Source: an uncultured delta proteobacterium (GTDB lineage: Bacteria > Desulfobacterota > RBG-13-43-22). Taken from it: DNA of 64,000 nucleotides. Shown piece after piece: positions 18,688 to 30,985 of this stretch. Location: contig CAVUPH010000014.1 of assembly GCA_963743305.1 (NCBI GenBank), positions 464,746 through 528,745 on the forward strand, in the 5' to 3' direction. Numbering within the stretch: position 1 is the first letter of the stretch; each line of letters opens with the position of its first letter. Made by a program: the position numbers and the translations under genes. The notes below the pieces were generated by a model, which saw only the letters and a list, made by a program, of their open reading frames with translations, was not told the origin of the DNA and made no database searches.

Positions 18688-20214
18688 TTGAAATTATTGA
18701 AACTCATAAACGGACTGGCCCAACGATCGGTGCAGGGTCCTCTCGATCTGGAAATCACCGGGATCGCTTATGATTCGCGGAAGGTCGTTCCCGGTGGGCT
18801 TTTTGTGGCCGTTTCCGGGCATCGGCAGGACGGGCATCAGTTTATCGGCCAGGCTCTGGATCGGGGAGCCATAGCCGTGGCGGCCGAGCGAGAAATCCCC
18901 CAGGTACCGGCAGCGATTGCGCGCATCACCGTGCCGGACAGCCGGGAAGCCCTGGCCCGATTCGCCGCCGCCTTTTATGATCACCCGGCCAAAAAACTCC
19001 ATCTGATCGGGATCACCGGGACCAACGGGAAAACTACCACCGCCTATCTGCTGGAATCGATCCTCAAGGCCTCGGGGGTCCGGGTCGGAGTCCTGGGCAC
19101 CATCGAATACCGGATCGGGTCCCGAATCTGGCCGGCCCCGGTCACTACACCGGAATCTCTGGATTTGCAGTATTACCTTTCCGAGATGGTGGGAGAGGGC
19201 GTTACCCACGCGGTCATGGAGGTCTCCTCCCATGCCCTGGAACAGGGTCGCTGCCGGGGTTTAAACTTTGAAGTGGGGGTTTTTACCAACCTGACCCGGG
19301 ATCACCTGGATTACCATCAAAACATGGAGGCCTATTATCAGGCCAAAGCCAGGCTCTTCTTTCACTACCTGGGCGAAACGGCCATTAATCCGGGGACTCG
19401 GGCCATCATCAACCGAGATGACCCTTTTGGAGAAAGGCTCTGGTCGGAAGCCGCGGTCCCCAAAAGAGATTACGGGTTGGAGAAGGACACGGCCTATCGC
19501 CCCTTAACCGTACATACTAGTTTTCAGGGGACTCAGGCCAAAATTCAAACCCCCCGGGGCGTATTTGAAGTAACTTCGCCGTTGATCGGCCGGCATAATG
19601 TCTATAACTTTTTAGCCGCCTGGGCCGCGGGAGAAGCTCTTTATTTGCCGACTGAGCGGCTTCAGGAAGGGATCCGATCTTTGGACAAGGTTCCCGGGCG
19701 CATGGAACCGGTGCCCAACTCGAAAGACCTGTTCATTTTGGTGGACTATGCCCATACCCCCGAGGCGTTGCGCTTTGCCCTCACGTCCCTTAAAGAATTG
19801 ACCCCCAAAAAAATAATTACCGTCTTTGGGTGCGGCGGCGACCGCGATGCCACCAAGCGGCCGCACATGGGACAGATTGCCGGCGAATTAAGCCAATTGG
19901 CGATTATCACCTCGGACAATCCCCGATCGGAGGACCCGCTGAAGATCATTGCCGATATTGAAGCCGGGGTCAGGGGAAAAAAAATGCACCGCTATGACTT
20001 CGCTGCCCTGGAGCAAATGCCCAATCAACCCGGATATGTCGTCATTCCTGACCGCCGGCAGGCCATCCAACAGGCGGTTCATTGGGCCGGGACCGGGGAA
20101 GTGATTTTGATCGCCGGCAAGGGCCATGAAAATGTTCAACTGGTAGGCGGGCAAACCCTCTCTTTTGATGATCGTCAGGAGGCCTTGAAGGCCACGGAGG
20201 CTTCTCGTGTTTAA
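18688..20214 (+). CDS. murE: UDP-MurNAc-tripeptide synthetase (meso-DAP type)
   Basis: GITGTNGKTT, MEVSSH, VDYAHTP, SDNPR, AGKGHE. Confidence 0.97.
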   Translation: MKLLKLINGLAQRSVQGPLDLEITGIAYDSRKVVPGGLFVAVSGHRQDGHQFIGQALDRGAIAVAAEREIPQVPAAIARITVPDSREALARFAAAFYDHPAKKLHLIGITGTNGKTTTAYLLESILKASGVRVGVLGTIEYRIGSRIWPAPVTTPESLDLQYYLSEMVGEGVTHAVMEVSSHALEQGRCRGLNFEVGVFTNLTRDHLDYHQNMEAYYQAKARLFFHYLGETAINPGTRAIINRDDPFGERLWSEAAVPKRDYGLEKDTAYRPLTVHTSFQGTQAKIQTPRGVFEVTSPLIGRHNVYNFLAAWAAGEALYLPTERLQEGIRSLDKVPGRMEPVPNSKDLFILVDYAHTPEALRFALTSLKELTPKKIITVFGCGGDRDATKRPHMGQIAGELSQLAIITSDNPRSEDPLKIIADIEAGVRGKKMHRYDFAALEQMPNQPGYVVIPDRRQAIQQAVHWAGTGEVILIAGKGHENVQLVGGQTLSFDDRQEALKATEASRV

Positions 20215-21610
20215 TACCGGTGCCTTGCCCTGGTCCCAGATCCTGCAAAACCTCTCCGAGGGATTGGTCCAGGGGGATTTGGGCTTCCCGGCCTTGGGGG
20301 TATCCACGGACAGCCGGACGATTCAACCCGGTAACCTCTTCGTGGCCCTCTCCGGACCTCATTTCGATGGCCGGACCTTCCTCTCCCAAGCATTTGAACG
20401 GGGAGCGGCCGGTGCCTTGGTTTCCACCCCCTATACCCGGAATTCGATACCGGTTGATAAGATTATCATCGAGGTTGAAGATACCCTTAAGGCCTTGGGG
20501 GACCTGGCCCATCTCTGGCGGAAGCGGTTTTCCGTCCCGGTGATCGCGCTCACCGGCAGCAATGGGAAAACCACTACCAAGGAAATGCTGGCCGGTATCT
20601 TGGAGCCGACCGGCGCTACTTTAAAAAATCCGGGCAACTTGAACAACCTGGTCGGCTTGCCTCTGACCCTGCTGGGTCTCGGGCCCGAGCACCGGTTTGC
20701 GGTTCTGGAGATGGGGATGAACCGGTCCGGAGAGATCCGTCGTTTGAGCGCCATCGCCGTGCCCACGGTGGGCTTGATAACGAACATCGGCCCGGCTCAC
20801 TTGGAAGGGTTAGGATCCCTGGAGGCCATCGCCCGGGCCAAAGGAGAACTTTTTGAAGCCTTGACCCGGGAAGACTGGGCGGTTATCAATCAGGACGATC
20901 CTCGGATCCTGGAATTGTCTGCCGTCTGTCAAAGCCAAAAAATTACCTTCGGGCTGAACCCCCGGGCCGAAGTCCGAGCCGAAGGAATTCAACCGGCCGG
21001 CTCCGGGGTTGTATTTTTTCTCTGCTTTCAGGGACAGCGCCGTGAGGTCCGGATACCGCTTCCCGGCCGCCACAATGTCAGCAATGCCGTGGCCGCCGCT
21101 GCTGCCGCCCTGGTCCTGGGCTTGTCTATCGACCGGATTCAACGAGGACTGGAAGACTTCAGCCCTCCGGCCCATCGGCTTCAAGTACGACCCGGGCGAG
21201 GGGGCGCTCATTTGCTGGACGACAGTTACAACGCCAACCCGGCTTCCGTTCAGGTCGCCTTGAGTACCTTTCAATCCTTGAGGCAGGATCGACGAGGGGG
21301 AATGGTGCTGGGGGACATGCTGGAGTTAGGGGGTTTTTCCCGAACGGCTCATCAGGAGATCGGGACACGGATCGGTGAGCTGGGGATTGATTACCTGGTG
21401 ACCATCGGGCAACAGACTCCGGCCCTTATGACTGAGGCCCTTAAGGGTGACCGGCCGCCATCCCAGGCTTTTCACTGCAGCTCGCCGACGGAGTTGCTGG
21501 AACAGCTCGACCGGCTAATCCAGGCCGGCGATTGGGTCCTGATCAAAGGATCGCACGGGATGGCCCTGGAGACCATCGTGGCGGCCCTCCAACCCGAGGA
21601 GCAGGGATAA
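20207..21610 (+). CDS. murF: UDP-MurNAc-pentapeptide synthetase
   Basis: [32 protein letters not shown]. Confidence 0.96.
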   Translation: MFNTGALPWSQILQNLSEGLVQGDLGFPALGVSTDSRTIQPGNLFVALSGPHFDGRTFLSQAFERGAAGALVSTPYTRNSIPVDKIIIEVEDTLKALGDLAHLWRKRFSVPVIALTGSNGKTTTKEMLAGILEPTGATLKNPGNLNNLVGLPLTLLGLGPEHRFAVLEMGMNRSGEIRRLSAIAVPTVGLITNIGPAHLEGLGSLEAIARAKGELFEALTREDWAVINQDDPRILELSAVCQSQKITFGLNPRAEVRAEGIQPAGSGVVFFLCFQGQRREVRIPLPGRHNVSNAVAAAAAALVLGLSIDRIQRGLEDFSPPAHRLQVRPGRGGAHLLDDSYNANPASVQVALSTFQSLRQDRRGGMVLGDMLELGGFSRTAHQEIGTRIGELGIDYLVTIGQQTPALMTEALKGDRPPSQAFHCSSPTELLEQLDRLIQAGDWVLIKGSHGMALETIVAALQPEEQG

Positions 21611-21614
21611 GGCC

Positions 21615-22694
21615 ATGCTCTACCAGCTTCTCTATTCACTCCACACCCAATTTTCCTTCTTCAACGTCTTTCGGTACATCACGTTAAGAACCATCTACGC
21701 CACATTGACGGCCCTGATCATTACCTTCTTTTTAGGGCCGGTCGTGATCCGTCTTTTGGCTCGGCATCAGATCGGTCAGTACATCCGGGAGGAGGGCCCC
21801 CAGTCGCATTTAAATAAAAAGGGGACCCCTACCATGGGTGGCATCCTGATCCTTTTTGCCGTCACCTTGGCTACCCTCTTCTGGGCGGACCTGACCAACC
21901 TGTATATCTGGTTGGTCCTTTTGGTCACGTTGGGTTTCGGTCTTGTCGGTTTCATAGATGATTACCGGATGCTGATCAAGAAAAGAAACAAGGGGTTGAG
22001 CGGACGGAGCAAAATGTTCCTGCAGATCCTCCTGGCCCTGATCCCGGCCATAATTTTGGTCCTTCATTTTCAATACAATACGCGCTTGAACATTCCCTTT
22101 TTAAAAACCCTTACTCCGGATCTGGGCTGGGGATATGTCCTGCTGACCGTTTTCATTATCGTCGGGACTTCCAATGCCGTAAACTTGACCGACGGTTTGG
22201 ATGGGCTGGCTATCGGACCGGCCACCATCGCCTTCGGGACCTACCTGCTTTTTAGCTATTGTACCGGACACTTGAAGATCGCCAATTACCTTCAGATTCT
22301 CTATGTCCCCGGAGCGGGAGAACTGGCTATTTTTTGCGGAGCCCTGGTCGGCGCCGGCATCGGCTTCCTCTGGTTTAACGCCTACCCGGCCCAGATCTTT
22401 ATGGGGGATGTGGGCTCCCTGTCCTTGGGGGCGGCCCTGGGCACCGTATCCGTGGTTACTAAAAACGAGATTGTCCTCATCCTGGTAGGGGGTCTTTTTG
22501 TGGTGGAGGCCCTCTCGGTGATTTTCCAGGTGGGTTATTTCAAGATGACCCATGGCAAGCGGATCTTTCGGATGGCCCCTCTGCACCATCACTTTGAATT
22601 GAAGGGCTGGAGCGAACCGAAAATTATTGTCCGTTTTTGGATCATTGCCGTGATTCTGAGCTTGCTTTCCCTCAGCACGTTAAAATTGCGTTAA
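21615..22694 (+). CDS. mraY: Phospho-MurNAc-pentapeptide transferase
   Basis: [37 protein letters not shown]. Confidence 0.98.
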   Translation: MLYQLLYSLHTQFSFFNVFRYITLRTIYATLTALIITFFLGPVVIRLLARHQIGQYIREEGPQSHLNKKGTPTMGGILILFAVTLATLFWADLTNLYIWLVLLVTLGFGLVGFIDDYRMLIKKRNKGLSGRSKMFLQILLALIPAIILVLHFQYNTRLNIPFLKTLTPDLGWGYVLLTVFIIVGTSNAVNLTDGLDGLAIGPATIAFGTYLLFSYCTGHLKIANYLQILYVPGAGELAIFCGALVGAGIGFLWFNAYPAQIFMGDVGSLSLGAALGTVSVVTKNEIVLILVGGLFVVEALSVIFQVGYFKMTHGKRIFRMAPLHHHFELKGWSEPKIIVRFWIIAVILSLLSLSTLKLR

Positions 22695-22704
22695 GGACGG
22701 TGCT

Positions 22705-24069
22705 TTGGATTTCAGCGGAAAAAAAATATTGGTAGTCGGTTTAGGCAAAACGGGCCTGGCATTGACGGAATATTTAAAACGGCAGGGGTCCCGGGTTTTG
22801 GTCTCCGATTCCCGTTCACGAGAGGAACTGAAACCACTGGTGTCCTCTGCTCTGGAAGGCACTTCCCCCTGGACCATTGAGGTCGGGGGGCATACGGTCG
22901 ACTTTTTTCTCCAGGCCGATCTCATCCTGGTCAGTCCCGGAATTCCTTTGGACATTCTTCCGTTAAAAGCGGCCAGGGAAAAAGGAATCCCCATTTGGGG
23001 GGAACTGGAGCTTTTTTCGAGGAAATGTCGGACCCCGATCATTGCCGTTACCGGGACCAATGGGAAAACAACCACTACCGCCTTGATCAACAAAATGCTT
23101 CTGGAGGGTGGATTTTCGACTTTTCTGGGAGGGAATATCGGTCGCCCCCTGGTGGAGTACCTCTTGAACGGTCAGGATAAAAACTTTGTGGTCGCTGAGA
23201 TCAGCAGTTTTCAATTGGATACGGCCCGACATTTTCGCCCTCGGGTAGGCGTGCTGTTGAATATTACCGAAGACCACCTGGATCGCTATCCCGATTTTCA
23301 GGGCTATATCCATTCCAAAGCCGGTCTCTTCCGCAATCAGGGTGAAGACAACGCCGCGGTTTTGAACTGGGATGATCCGCTGGTGCGCGGGATCGGGCAG
23401 CAGTTGAGAGTGCCGGTCTATTATTTCAGCCGGACCGAGCCCCTGACCCTGGGCGCCTATCTGGATCAGGATCGGCTGCGTTTAAATCTCAGCGGGTCGG
23501 CGGAAGAGTATGATCTGCGGGCCTTTTCCTTGTCCGGCGTCCATAATCGGGAAAATGCCCTGGCGGCTGTCCTGGGCGCCCGGCTGTTGGGGGCCGCCTC
23601 TGAGGACATACAACGGGCCTTGGAGCAGTTTAAAGGTTTCGGGCACCGCCTGGAGTGGGTGGCCGAGGTCCGGGGAATTCAATTCTTCGATGACTCCAAG
23701 GGGACCAACGTGGGGGCCGTGGTGAAGGCCCTGGAAGGTTTTTCCCAGCCGGTGATCCTGATAGCCGGAGGCCGCGACAAAGGGGGAGATTACGGACCCT
23801 TAAAAGGGCTGATCCGGGGGAAAGTCAAGTCCCTTATCTTGATTGGGGAGGCCCGGGAAAAAATGCAAGAACAGTTGGGGAATCTGACCTCCACTGAGTT
23901 GGCCGATTCCCTGGAAGCGGCGGTTTTCCGGTCTTTCAGACAGGGGGAACCTGGAGACGTGGTTCTTCTTTCCCCGGGCTGTTCCAGCTTTGATATGTTC
24001 AGGGACTATACCCAGCGGGGCGAGGTCTTTCAGCAGGCGGTCAGACAGCTTAAAAGGAATCATGAATAA
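22705..24069 (+). CDS. murD: UDP-MurNAc-Ala-D-Glu ligase
   Basis: VTGTNGKTT, EISSFQL, DHLDRY, DDSKGTN, LSPGCSSFD. Confidence 0.97.
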   Translation: MDFSGKKILVVGLGKTGLALTEYLKRQGSRVLVSDSRSREELKPLVSSALEGTSPWTIEVGGHTVDFFLQADLILVSPGIPLDILPLKAAREKGIPIWGELELFSRKCRTPIIAVTGTNGKTTTTALINKMLLEGGFSTFLGGNIGRPLVEYLLNGQDKNFVVAEISSFQLDTARHFRPRVGVLLNITEDHLDRYPDFQGYIHSKAGLFRNQGEDNAAVLNWDDPLVRGIGQQLRVPVYYFSRTEPLTLGAYLDQDRLRLNLSGSAEEYDLRAFSLSGVHNRENALAAVLGARLLGAASEDIQRALEQFKGFGHRLEWVAEVRGIQFFDDSKGTNVGAVVKALEGFSQPVILIAGGRDKGGDYGPLKGLIRGKVKSLILIGEAREKMQEQLGNLTSTELADSLEAAVFRSFRQGEPGDVVLLSPGCSSFDMFRDYTQRGEVFQQAVRQLKRNHE

Positions 24070-25258
24070 TTACAGCCAACCCTTAGAAGAAAAAACCGCT
24101 TTGGCCGGGAGAAGGATGACCGCCTCCCCGGGCGCAGAATCCGAAACGACGCTCCAGAGAGGCCGGAGCCTCAATTATGTCTGGCTGGGGCTGACGGTCC
24201 TCCTGGTGCTGGTCGGCATTGTTATGGTCTACAGCGCCAGTTCCCGCCTGGCGGCGGAACGTTATCACAACAGTTTTTATTTTGCCCAGAAACAAGCGGC
24301 CTTTGCCCTCTTCGGGTTCTTGGCGCTACTGGTCTTTCGGTATATCCCGTATCAGGTTTACCAGCGCTGGGTCTATTGGGCCATGGGAGCCAGCTTTCTC
24401 TGCCTGATTTTAGTTTTGATTCCGGGCATCGGGTCACGGGTGGGGGGAGCCTCCCGCTGGTTTCGTTTGGGCGGCGTTTCTTTCCAGCCGGCCGAGTTTT
24501 CCAAGCTGGTACTGGTGATTTTTCTGTCGTATTCCATGACCAAAAAACAGGCGGTCATGAAGACCTTATCCCAAGGCTTTCTGTTTCATGTGGGGGTGGT
24601 CTTGCTCTTTATGGCCCTGGTTTTAGCCGAACCGGACCTGGGCATGGCCATTAGTATTCTGCTGCTCACGGGGGTCCTTTTGTTTGTAGGCGGGGTCAGG
24701 CTGAAGCACCTGCTCGTGTCCCTGGTCCCCCTGATCCCGTTGACTTATTTTCTAGTCTGGCGGGTCCCCTATAGGCGGCTGCGAGTGTTGTCCTATCTGA
24801 ATCCCTGGGGAGACCCTTTGGGGTCGGGATTTCATCTGATCCATTCTTTTTATGCCTTTGGGGCCGGAGGGTTGACCGGCCAGGGGTTGGGGGGGAGCCA
24901 TCAGAAGCTTTTCTATCTGCCGGAACCCCATACGGATTTCATTTTTTCCATTCTGGGAGAGGAATTGGGTTTTTTCGGAGTATCGATAGTGGCCGCGCTA
25001 TTTCTGTTTTTTATGGTTCGATGCCTCCTGCTGGCCCTCCGGAAAAAAGACCTCTTTGGGATCTATCTGACGGTCGGGATTACGGTCATGATCGGTCTGC
25101 AGGCGTTTATCAACATGCTGGTGGTCATGGGTTTGTTGCCCACCAAGGGGTTGACCCTCCCCTTTTTAAGTTACGGTGGGACCTCATTGCTTCTCAACCT
25201 GATCTGCGTGGGCATCCTGATGAATATTTCCGCCCAAAGCCAGGAGGAAGGCGGATGA
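24062..25258 (+). CDS. ftsW: SEDS glycosyltransferase FtsW
   Basis: MVYSAS, FQPAEFSK, PDLG, LPEPHTDFIF, LPTKGLTLPFLSYGG. Confidence 0.96.
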   Translation: MNNYSQPLEEKTALAGRRMTASPGAESETTLQRGRSLNYVWLGLTVLLVLVGIVMVYSASSRLAAERYHNSFYFAQKQAAFALFGFLALLVFRYIPYQVYQRWVYWAMGASFLCLILVLIPGIGSRVGGASRWFRLGGVSFQPAEFSKLVLVIFLSYSMTKKQAVMKTLSQGFLFHVGVVLLFMALVLAEPDLGMAISILLLTGVLLFVGGVRLKHLLVSLVPLIPLTYFLVWRVPYRRLRVLSYLNPWGDPLGSGFHLIHSFYAFGAGGLTGQGLGGSHQKLFYLPEPHTDFIFSILGEELGFFGVSIVAALFLFFMVRCLLLALRKKDLFGIYLTVGITVMIGLQAFINMLVVMGLLPTKGLTLPFLSYGGTSLLLNLICVGILMNISAQSQEEGG

Positions 25259-26346
25259 AGGTCCTGATCGCCGGTGGAGGAACCGGCGGCCATTTATTCC
25301 CGGGGATTGCCATTGCTGAAACCTTTATGGCCCAAGATCCTGAAAACCAGGTTCATTTTGTCAGCACCCGTCGCGCCATCGACCAGCAGGTGTTGCCCTC
25401 TCGGGGATTTTCTTCCCAGACCATCGAGGCCGAGGGGATTAAAGGACGCGGAGTGCTCGGGCAACTGAAAGCCTTGTTTAAGATCCCCGGGGCCTTGAAA
25501 GAGTCCTGGCGGATCCTCCGGGAATTCCAACCCCACCTGATCATCGGGGTGGGGGGTTATGTTTCCGGACCGGTAGTCCTGGCCGGGCGGTTGAAAGGGA
25601 TCCCCACGGCCATTCAAGAGCAGAATTCGATTCCCGGCCTGACCAACCGGATATTAGCCCTGCTGGTAGATCGGATTTATTATTCCTTCGAAAAAAGCCG
25701 GGAATATTTTCCCGCCCGAAAATCGTTATGGACCGGCAACCCGGTCCGCCGGGAACTAAAGCGGGTCTTGGAAGAGCCCTCCAGTCCCCAAGCCCCCCTG
25801 ACCATTTTGGTTCTGGGAGGGAGTCTGGGCGCCCACCGGCTTAACCAATTGGTCACTGAAGCCCTGGACTTTTTAGTGGAACTCAATAAGGACTTGTCAT
25901 TTATCCATCAAACTGGCACAAAGGATGAAGATTGGGTCCGGCAGGCTTACCTGAAAAAGGGATTTCAACATCAGGTCCTGGCTTTTATTTCCGACATGGT
26001 TTGGGCCTACGCTCGGGCCGATATGTTGATTTGCCGTTCCGGGGCCACTACCTTGGCCGAAATAACGGCCTTGGGCAAGGCGAGCTTCTTGATCCCCTTC
26101 CCTTTCGCCACCAACAACCACCAGGAAGAAAACGCCCGTTCTCTTGTTCTGCGAGGTGCGGCCGAGATGATTCCGGAAAAGGAACTCACAGGCGCCGGAT
26201 TAGCCGCGGTCATCCAAAAATGGCGAAATGACCCCGAACACCGGGCCGATCTGGCCGCCCAAGCGAAAACCTTGGGCCGCTGGCAGGCGGCGGAGGAAAT
26301 TGTAGAAAACGCTATTCAGTTGGTTTGGAAAGGCAAGCGGAATTAA
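25255..26346 (+). CDS. murG: Lipid II GlcNAc transferase
   Basis: [42 protein letters not shown]. Confidence 0.97.
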   Translation: MKVLIAGGGTGGHLFPGIAIAETFMAQDPENQVHFVSTRRAIDQQVLPSRGFSSQTIEAEGIKGRGVLGQLKALFKIPGALKESWRILREFQPHLIIGVGGYVSGPVVLAGRLKGIPTAIQEQNSIPGLTNRILALLVDRIYYSFEKSREYFPARKSLWTGNPVRRELKRVLEEPSSPQAPLTILVLGGSLGAHRLNQLVTEALDFLVELNKDLSFIHQTGTKDEDWVRQAYLKKGFQHQVLAFISDMVWAYARADMLICRSGATTLAEITALGKASFLIPFPFATNNHQEENARSLVLRGAAEMIPEKELTGAGLAAVIQKWRNDPEHRADLAAQAKTLGRWQAAEEIVENAIQLVWKGKRN

Positions 26347-27743
26347 TGGACCATAAACCCTATCCTCGTTTTCAGCATATTCACTTTATCGGCATCGGGG
26401 GCATTGGCATGAGCGGGATAGCCGAGGTGCTTCTCAACTTAGGCTACCGGGTCAGCGGATCAGATAGGAGAGAAACCGAGATCACCCGCAGACTGGCTTC
26501 TCTGGGAGGACGGATTTTTTATGACCACCGCCCGGAGCATATCCAGGGGGCTGAAGTGATCGTCACCTCTTCGGCGGTACGGCCGGACAATCCCGAGGTC
26601 ATCGCTGCCCGCCAGGCGTTGCTGCCGGTTATTCCCCGAGCCGAAATGCTGGCTGAACTGATGCGATTGAAATACGGCATTGCCGTGGCCGGGGCCCACG
26701 GCAAGACCACCACGACTTCCATGGTGGCCGCTGTTTTGGCCAGGGGGGGATTGGATCCGACCGTGGTCATCGGCGGGCGGTTGGACATTTGGGGGACCAA
26801 CGCCCGCTTGGGGCAGGGCCCTTTTTTAGTGGCTGAAGCCGACGAGAGTGATGGGTCGTTCCTCCACTTGACCCCCAGTATCGCCCTGGTCACCAACCTT
26901 GATCTGGAGCATCTGGATTTTTATCGGGACCTGCAGCATATCCAGGAGACTTTTTTGGCCTTTTTGAACCGATTGCCCTTCTACGGCTTGGCCATTCTCT
27001 GCCTGGATGATCCCTATTTGCCCTCCCTGATTCCGGAATTAAAAAAACGGTATCGGACGTACGGATTGACGGCGCAGGCCGATTTCCAAGCCCGGGATGT
27101 CCGCCAAGAGGGGTTGGTCACCCATTACCGGCTGTTCGCCCAGGGAAAGGAATGGGGTGATCTTCGTTTCAAGCTTCCGGGTCTGCACAACGTCTATAAT
27201 TCCCTGGCCGCCATCGCAGCCGGCTTTGAATTGGAAATCCCCTTTAACCTGATCCAGGAGGCCTTTGAACACTTAGGCGGGGTGCAAAGACGCTTTCAAA
27301 TAAAAGGCGAGTACGGGGGGGCCACAGTGCTGGATGATTACGGCCATCACCCTACGGAAATCCGGGCCACCCTCAATGCCATCCGAGGGTGTTGGCCCGA
27401 CCGCCGCTTGGTGGTGTTGTTTCAACCCCATCGCTATTCCCGCAGCCGGGCCTTGCGGGAAGAATTCACCACGGCCTTTTACCAGGCGGACCAACTGCTC
27501 CTGTTGCCCATCTACGGGGCCGGAGAAGACCCGATCGAAGGAGTGACTTCGGAAAAGCTCCTGGAAGGAATAAGGGCCAAAGGCCAAAAGGAAACGGCAT
27601 TTTTCTCCTTAGCCGGAGAGGTTCTGGGGTATCTCCAAAACCAGCTCAGGCCGGGGGATATTCTGGTGACCCTGGGAGCCGGAGATGTTTGGAAGATAGG
27701 AGAAGAACTTGTCTCCAAGAAGGCAGATTCGGCAAAGCCTTGA
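26346..27743 (+). CDS. murC: UDP-MurNAc-L-Ala ligase
   Basis: [44 protein letters not shown]. Confidence 0.97.
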   Translation: MDHKPYPRFQHIHFIGIGGIGMSGIAEVLLNLGYRVSGSDRRETEITRRLASLGGRIFYDHRPEHIQGAEVIVTSSAVRPDNPEVIAARQALLPVIPRAEMLAELMRLKYGIAVAGAHGKTTTTSMVAAVLARGGLDPTVVIGGRLDIWGTNARLGQGPFLVAEADESDGSFLHLTPSIALVTNLDLEHLDFYRDLQHIQETFLAFLNRLPFYGLAILCLDDPYLPSLIPELKKRYRTYGLTAQADFQARDVRQEGLVTHYRLFAQGKEWGDLRFKLPGLHNVYNSLAAIAAGFELEIPFNLIQEAFEHLGGVQRRFQIKGEYGGATVLDDYGHHPTEIRATLNAIRGCWPDRRLVVLFQPHRYSRSRALREEFTTAFYQADQLLLLPIYGAGEDPIEGVTSEKLLEGIRAKGQKETAFFSLAGEVLGYLQNQLRPGDILVTLGAGDVWKIGEELVSKKADSAKP

Positions 27744-28675
27744 AGCCCTCTGCCCTGGGCGGGTCAAAATCAGGGAGCCCTTGGCCCCGCTGACCACCTG
27801 GAAAATCGGTGGGATAGCGGATTGGCTGGTGACGCCCAAAGACGCGCTGGAAGTGCAACAACTCCTGGCCGTTGGCCGTGAATTCCGGCTGCCCTGCTTT
27901 TTTTTGGGCGCCGGGAGCAACATCCTGGTGGGAGAACGCGGAGTTCGAGGGATTGTGATTCACTTGACCCCTTTTTTAAATTGGATTGAACCCCGGAAAC
28001 GATCGGGGCGCGTACATTCCCTGGAGATCGGGGCCGGGACCCTCCTTTCCTCCGTGCTCCGTTACGGGGTTAAATACTCGCTGACGGGTTTGGAGTTCTT
28101 GGTCGGGATTCCCGGTTCTCTGGGTGGGGCCTGGGCCTTGAATGCCGGCAGTCAGGGGCGCGAAATTAAGGACCTGACCCGTTCGCTGAATATTATCGAT
28201 TCCCGGGGCCAGGTCATAAAACGTACCCGTAAGGCCTTGGATTTTGGTTATCGTCGTCTGAGCCCTCAACCCCGATGAAGTGATTGTTTCCGGTCTCTTG
28301 AAAGTAGCCCCTGGGAATCGAGAGGTGATCGTCCAGGAGATGCGCAAGCTGGTTAAAAAAAGAAGGGCTTCCCAACCTTGGCAATACCCCAGTTGCGGAT
28401 CGGTGTTTAAAAACCCTTCGGGAAACTATGCCGGACGGCTGATTGAAGCAGCCGGTATAAAAGGGAGGCAGCAGGGGGAAGCCCAAGTCTCTTGGAGACA
28501 CGCCAACTTTATCGTCAATCGCGGTCAGGCCCGGGCCCGAGACGTACTCCGCTTGATGCGGATCATCCGTCAGCGGGTACAACGCCAAAGTGGGATCATC
28601 TTGGAACCGGAGGTGCGATTCTGGGGTTGTTCTTTAAACCCTCGCCGACGGGTTCCGAAGGTCGTTCAAGAATGA
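27709..28675 (+). CDS. murB: UDP-GlcNAc-enolpyruvate reductase, frameshifted near 28265
   Basis: [23 protein letters not shown] in 27709-28278; [21 protein letters not shown] in 28280-28675; one extra C in AGCCCTC explains the split. Confidence 0.92.
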
Positions 28676-28735
28676 CGGACCCGCAGAAGGCCGTTTTTGG
28701 ATTTTTTGTGAGGTTATTGATCAGGGGAGAAAAGC

Positions 28736-29599
28736 ATGTATTTGGGAAAAACAAAACTGGGGGCCGCCGGTCGGAATGGTTTCCATCGGCCCCTAAAAGA
28801 AGGCGGGACCAACTGGTTTCAACGGCTGGGGCACCACTTCTGGATCGGATCGATTGTCATTATGATCCTGGTCGGGCTGAGTATTACCCTCTTGGTCGGA
28901 TATTTAGTCGCCTTATCGGCGCCTTTCTTCCGATTGGAGGATGTTAACTTTCAGGGGAATAAACAGGTTTCTCAGCTCGAATTGTTGCAAAAAGGGGGGC
29001 TGGAGGATAAGCTGAATATCCTTTCCCTGAACCTGAGCGACGTCAAAAAAAAGATGGAGGCCATTCCCTGGGTCAAATCGGTGCAGTTGCGACGCGAGTT
29101 GCCCAATAAGCTCCTGGTTGCCGTTCAAGAACGGCAGCCGTTAAGCCTGGTATTGGTGGATGGGCGTCTCTTTTTTCTGGACCAGGAGGGCTTGGCTTTT
29201 AAGAAGGTCGAACGCCGGGAGGGGTTCACTCTGCCGGTATTAACGGGTTTGCAAAAAGGCGACTGGCGAGAAAGCGGTTATTTGGACCCTGAGGTTCTTC
29301 AAGAGATCTCCACCTTGACCAGGTTGCTGGCGCAGGGAGTAGACCCGCTTTATCCCGACAAGCTTTCGGAAATTCATTATGATCCCGAATGCGGCTACTC
29401 CCTCTACACCCTGGATTATGGGGTTCGCATCACCTTGGGCCGCGGGGAGTTAAAAACGAAAATGGCCCGCCTGGAGAAGGTCTGGCGGAATCTGCAGAAA
29501 CGCCCGGATCTTATGAATCTTCGAGGCATTTCCCTGCAATACGGCCAACGGATTATCGTTCATGGCCTGCGACCCTCTTCGGGCGGGAAAAAGGGTTAA
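28736..29599 (+). CDS. ftsQ: Cell division protein FtsQ/DivIB
   Basis: TM helix plus POTRA (FQGNKQV...PWVKSVQLRRELPNKL..ERQP); precedes ftsA. Confidence 0.9.
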   Translation: MYLGKTKLGAAGRNGFHRPLKEGGTNWFQRLGHHFWIGSIVIMILVGLSITLLVGYLVALSAPFFRLEDVNFQGNKQVSQLELLQKGGLEDKLNILSLNLSDVKKKMEAIPWVKSVQLRRELPNKLLVAVQERQPLSLVLVDGRLFFLDQEGLAFKKVERREGFTLPVLTGLQKGDWRESGYLDPEVLQEISTLTRLLAQGVDPLYPDKLSEIHYDPECGYSLYTLDYGVRITLGRGELKTKMARLEKVWRNLQKRPDLMNLRGISLQYGQRIIVHGLRPSSGGKKG

Positions 29600-29654
29600 T
29601 CCCTTTGATGGAGAGGCCGCCGAGCAGAGCAATAGGAAAGGAGGTGAACGCCTG

Positions 29655-30875
29655 ATGGAATCGAATCTGGTGGTAGGGCTGGATATCGGAACGACCAAAA
29701 TATGCGCCGTGGTGGGAGAGGTTTCCGCCGAGGGGGTGGATATCATCGGTATGGGGACCCATCCCTCCGTGGGATTGCGCAAAGGGGTGGTGGTCAATAT
29801 TGAGAGCACGGTCAATTCCATCAAAAAGGCTGTGGAAGAGGCGGAACTCATGGCTGGCTGTGAAATCACCTCGGTCTATGCCGGGATTGCTGGCGGTCAT
29901 ATCAAGGGCTTCAACAGTCACGGGGTGATCGCCGTCAAAAGCCGGGAAGTTACCCGGGGGGACATCGAACGGGTGATCGAGGCCGCCAAGGCCATTGCCA
30001 TCCCCTTGGATCGGGAGGTCATCCATGTTCTGCCCCAGGAATTCATTGTCGATGACCAGGACGGGATCCAAGACCCGCTGGGAATGGCCGGCGTGCGTCT
30101 GGAAGTCAAGGTCCATATTATCACCGGGGCGGTCACCTCGGCCCAGAACATCATTCGCTGCGCCAACAAGGCCGGGTTGGATGTCTGCGATATCGTATTG
30201 GAATCGGTTGCTTCCAGCGAGACGGTGCTTTCCCCCGAAGAAAAAGAATTGGGAGTGGCGTTGATCGATTTCGGCGGCGGGACCACGGATTTGGCCATTT
30301 TTTCCAACAACAGCATCAAACACACCGCCATATTACCCTTGGGGGGTCATAACTTGACCAACGATATTGCGGTGGGCCTGAGGACGCCCCACCAGGCCGC
30401 CGAACGGATCAAGAAAATGCACGGTTGCGGTTTGAGTTCGATGATCAACAAGGAAGAGACCCTGGAAGTTCCCAGCGTAGGGGGCCGAAAACCGCGGATG
30501 ATCTCCCGGCAGATTTTGGGGGAAATCCTGGAACCCCGAGTGGAAGAAATTTTTACCTTGGTTAACCGCGAAATTCTACGGTCCGGATTCGGGGATTTGA
30601 TCGCTTCCGGGGTGGTGATCACCGGGGGATCTTCATTGATGGAAGGCCTTCCGGAGTTGGGGGAACAGATTTTTAATCTTCCCTGCCGCCGTGGTTATCC
30701 TCAGGGATTCGGCGGCATCACCGATGTGGTCAATAATCCCATGTATGCAACGGCCGTGGGACTTACCCTTTATGGGGCCCGTTCCATGCCCCGAAAGAAA
30801 TTTCGCATTCGCGATCAAAATATTTTCTATCGGGTCATGGAACGGATGAAACGCTGGTTTAAAGAGATGATGTGA
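29655..30875 (+). CDS. ftsA: Cell division protein FtsA
   Basis: VGLDIGTTK, DFGGGTT, VITGG; AGGAGGT RBS before ATG at 29655. Confidence 0.97.
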   Translation: MESNLVVGLDIGTTKICAVVGEVSAEGVDIIGMGTHPSVGLRKGVVVNIESTVNSIKKAVEEAELMAGCEITSVYAGIAGGHIKGFNSHGVIAVKSREVTRGDIERVIEAAKAIAIPLDREVIHVLPQEFIVDDQDGIQDPLGMAGVRLEVKVHIITGAVTSAQNIIRCANKAGLDVCDIVLESVASSETVLSPEEKELGVALIDFGGGTTDLAIFSNNSIKHTAILPLGGHNLTNDIAVGLRTPHQAAERIKKMHGCGLSSMINKEETLEVPSVGGRKPRMISRQILGEILEPRVEEIFTLVNREILRSGFGDLIASGVVITGGSSLMEGLPELGEQIFNLPCRRGYPQGFGGITDVVNNPMYATAVGLTLYGARSMPRKKFRIRDQNIFYRVMERMKRWFKEMM

Positions 30876-30985
30876 TCAGAAAACGGCCGATAGATCGTTT
30901 TTTGGGAAGGAATAATAAAATGATGTTGACCGCTAGCCCGGTTTTGGATACAAACAATAGACAGCAACGAGAGGGAGGAGAAGGG

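Noticed and set aside
28255-28285. Programmed frameshift in murB (CCC CGA TGA)
   Set aside because: No known recoding in murB; a single extra C in a homopolymer explains it, and similar indels recur across the window.
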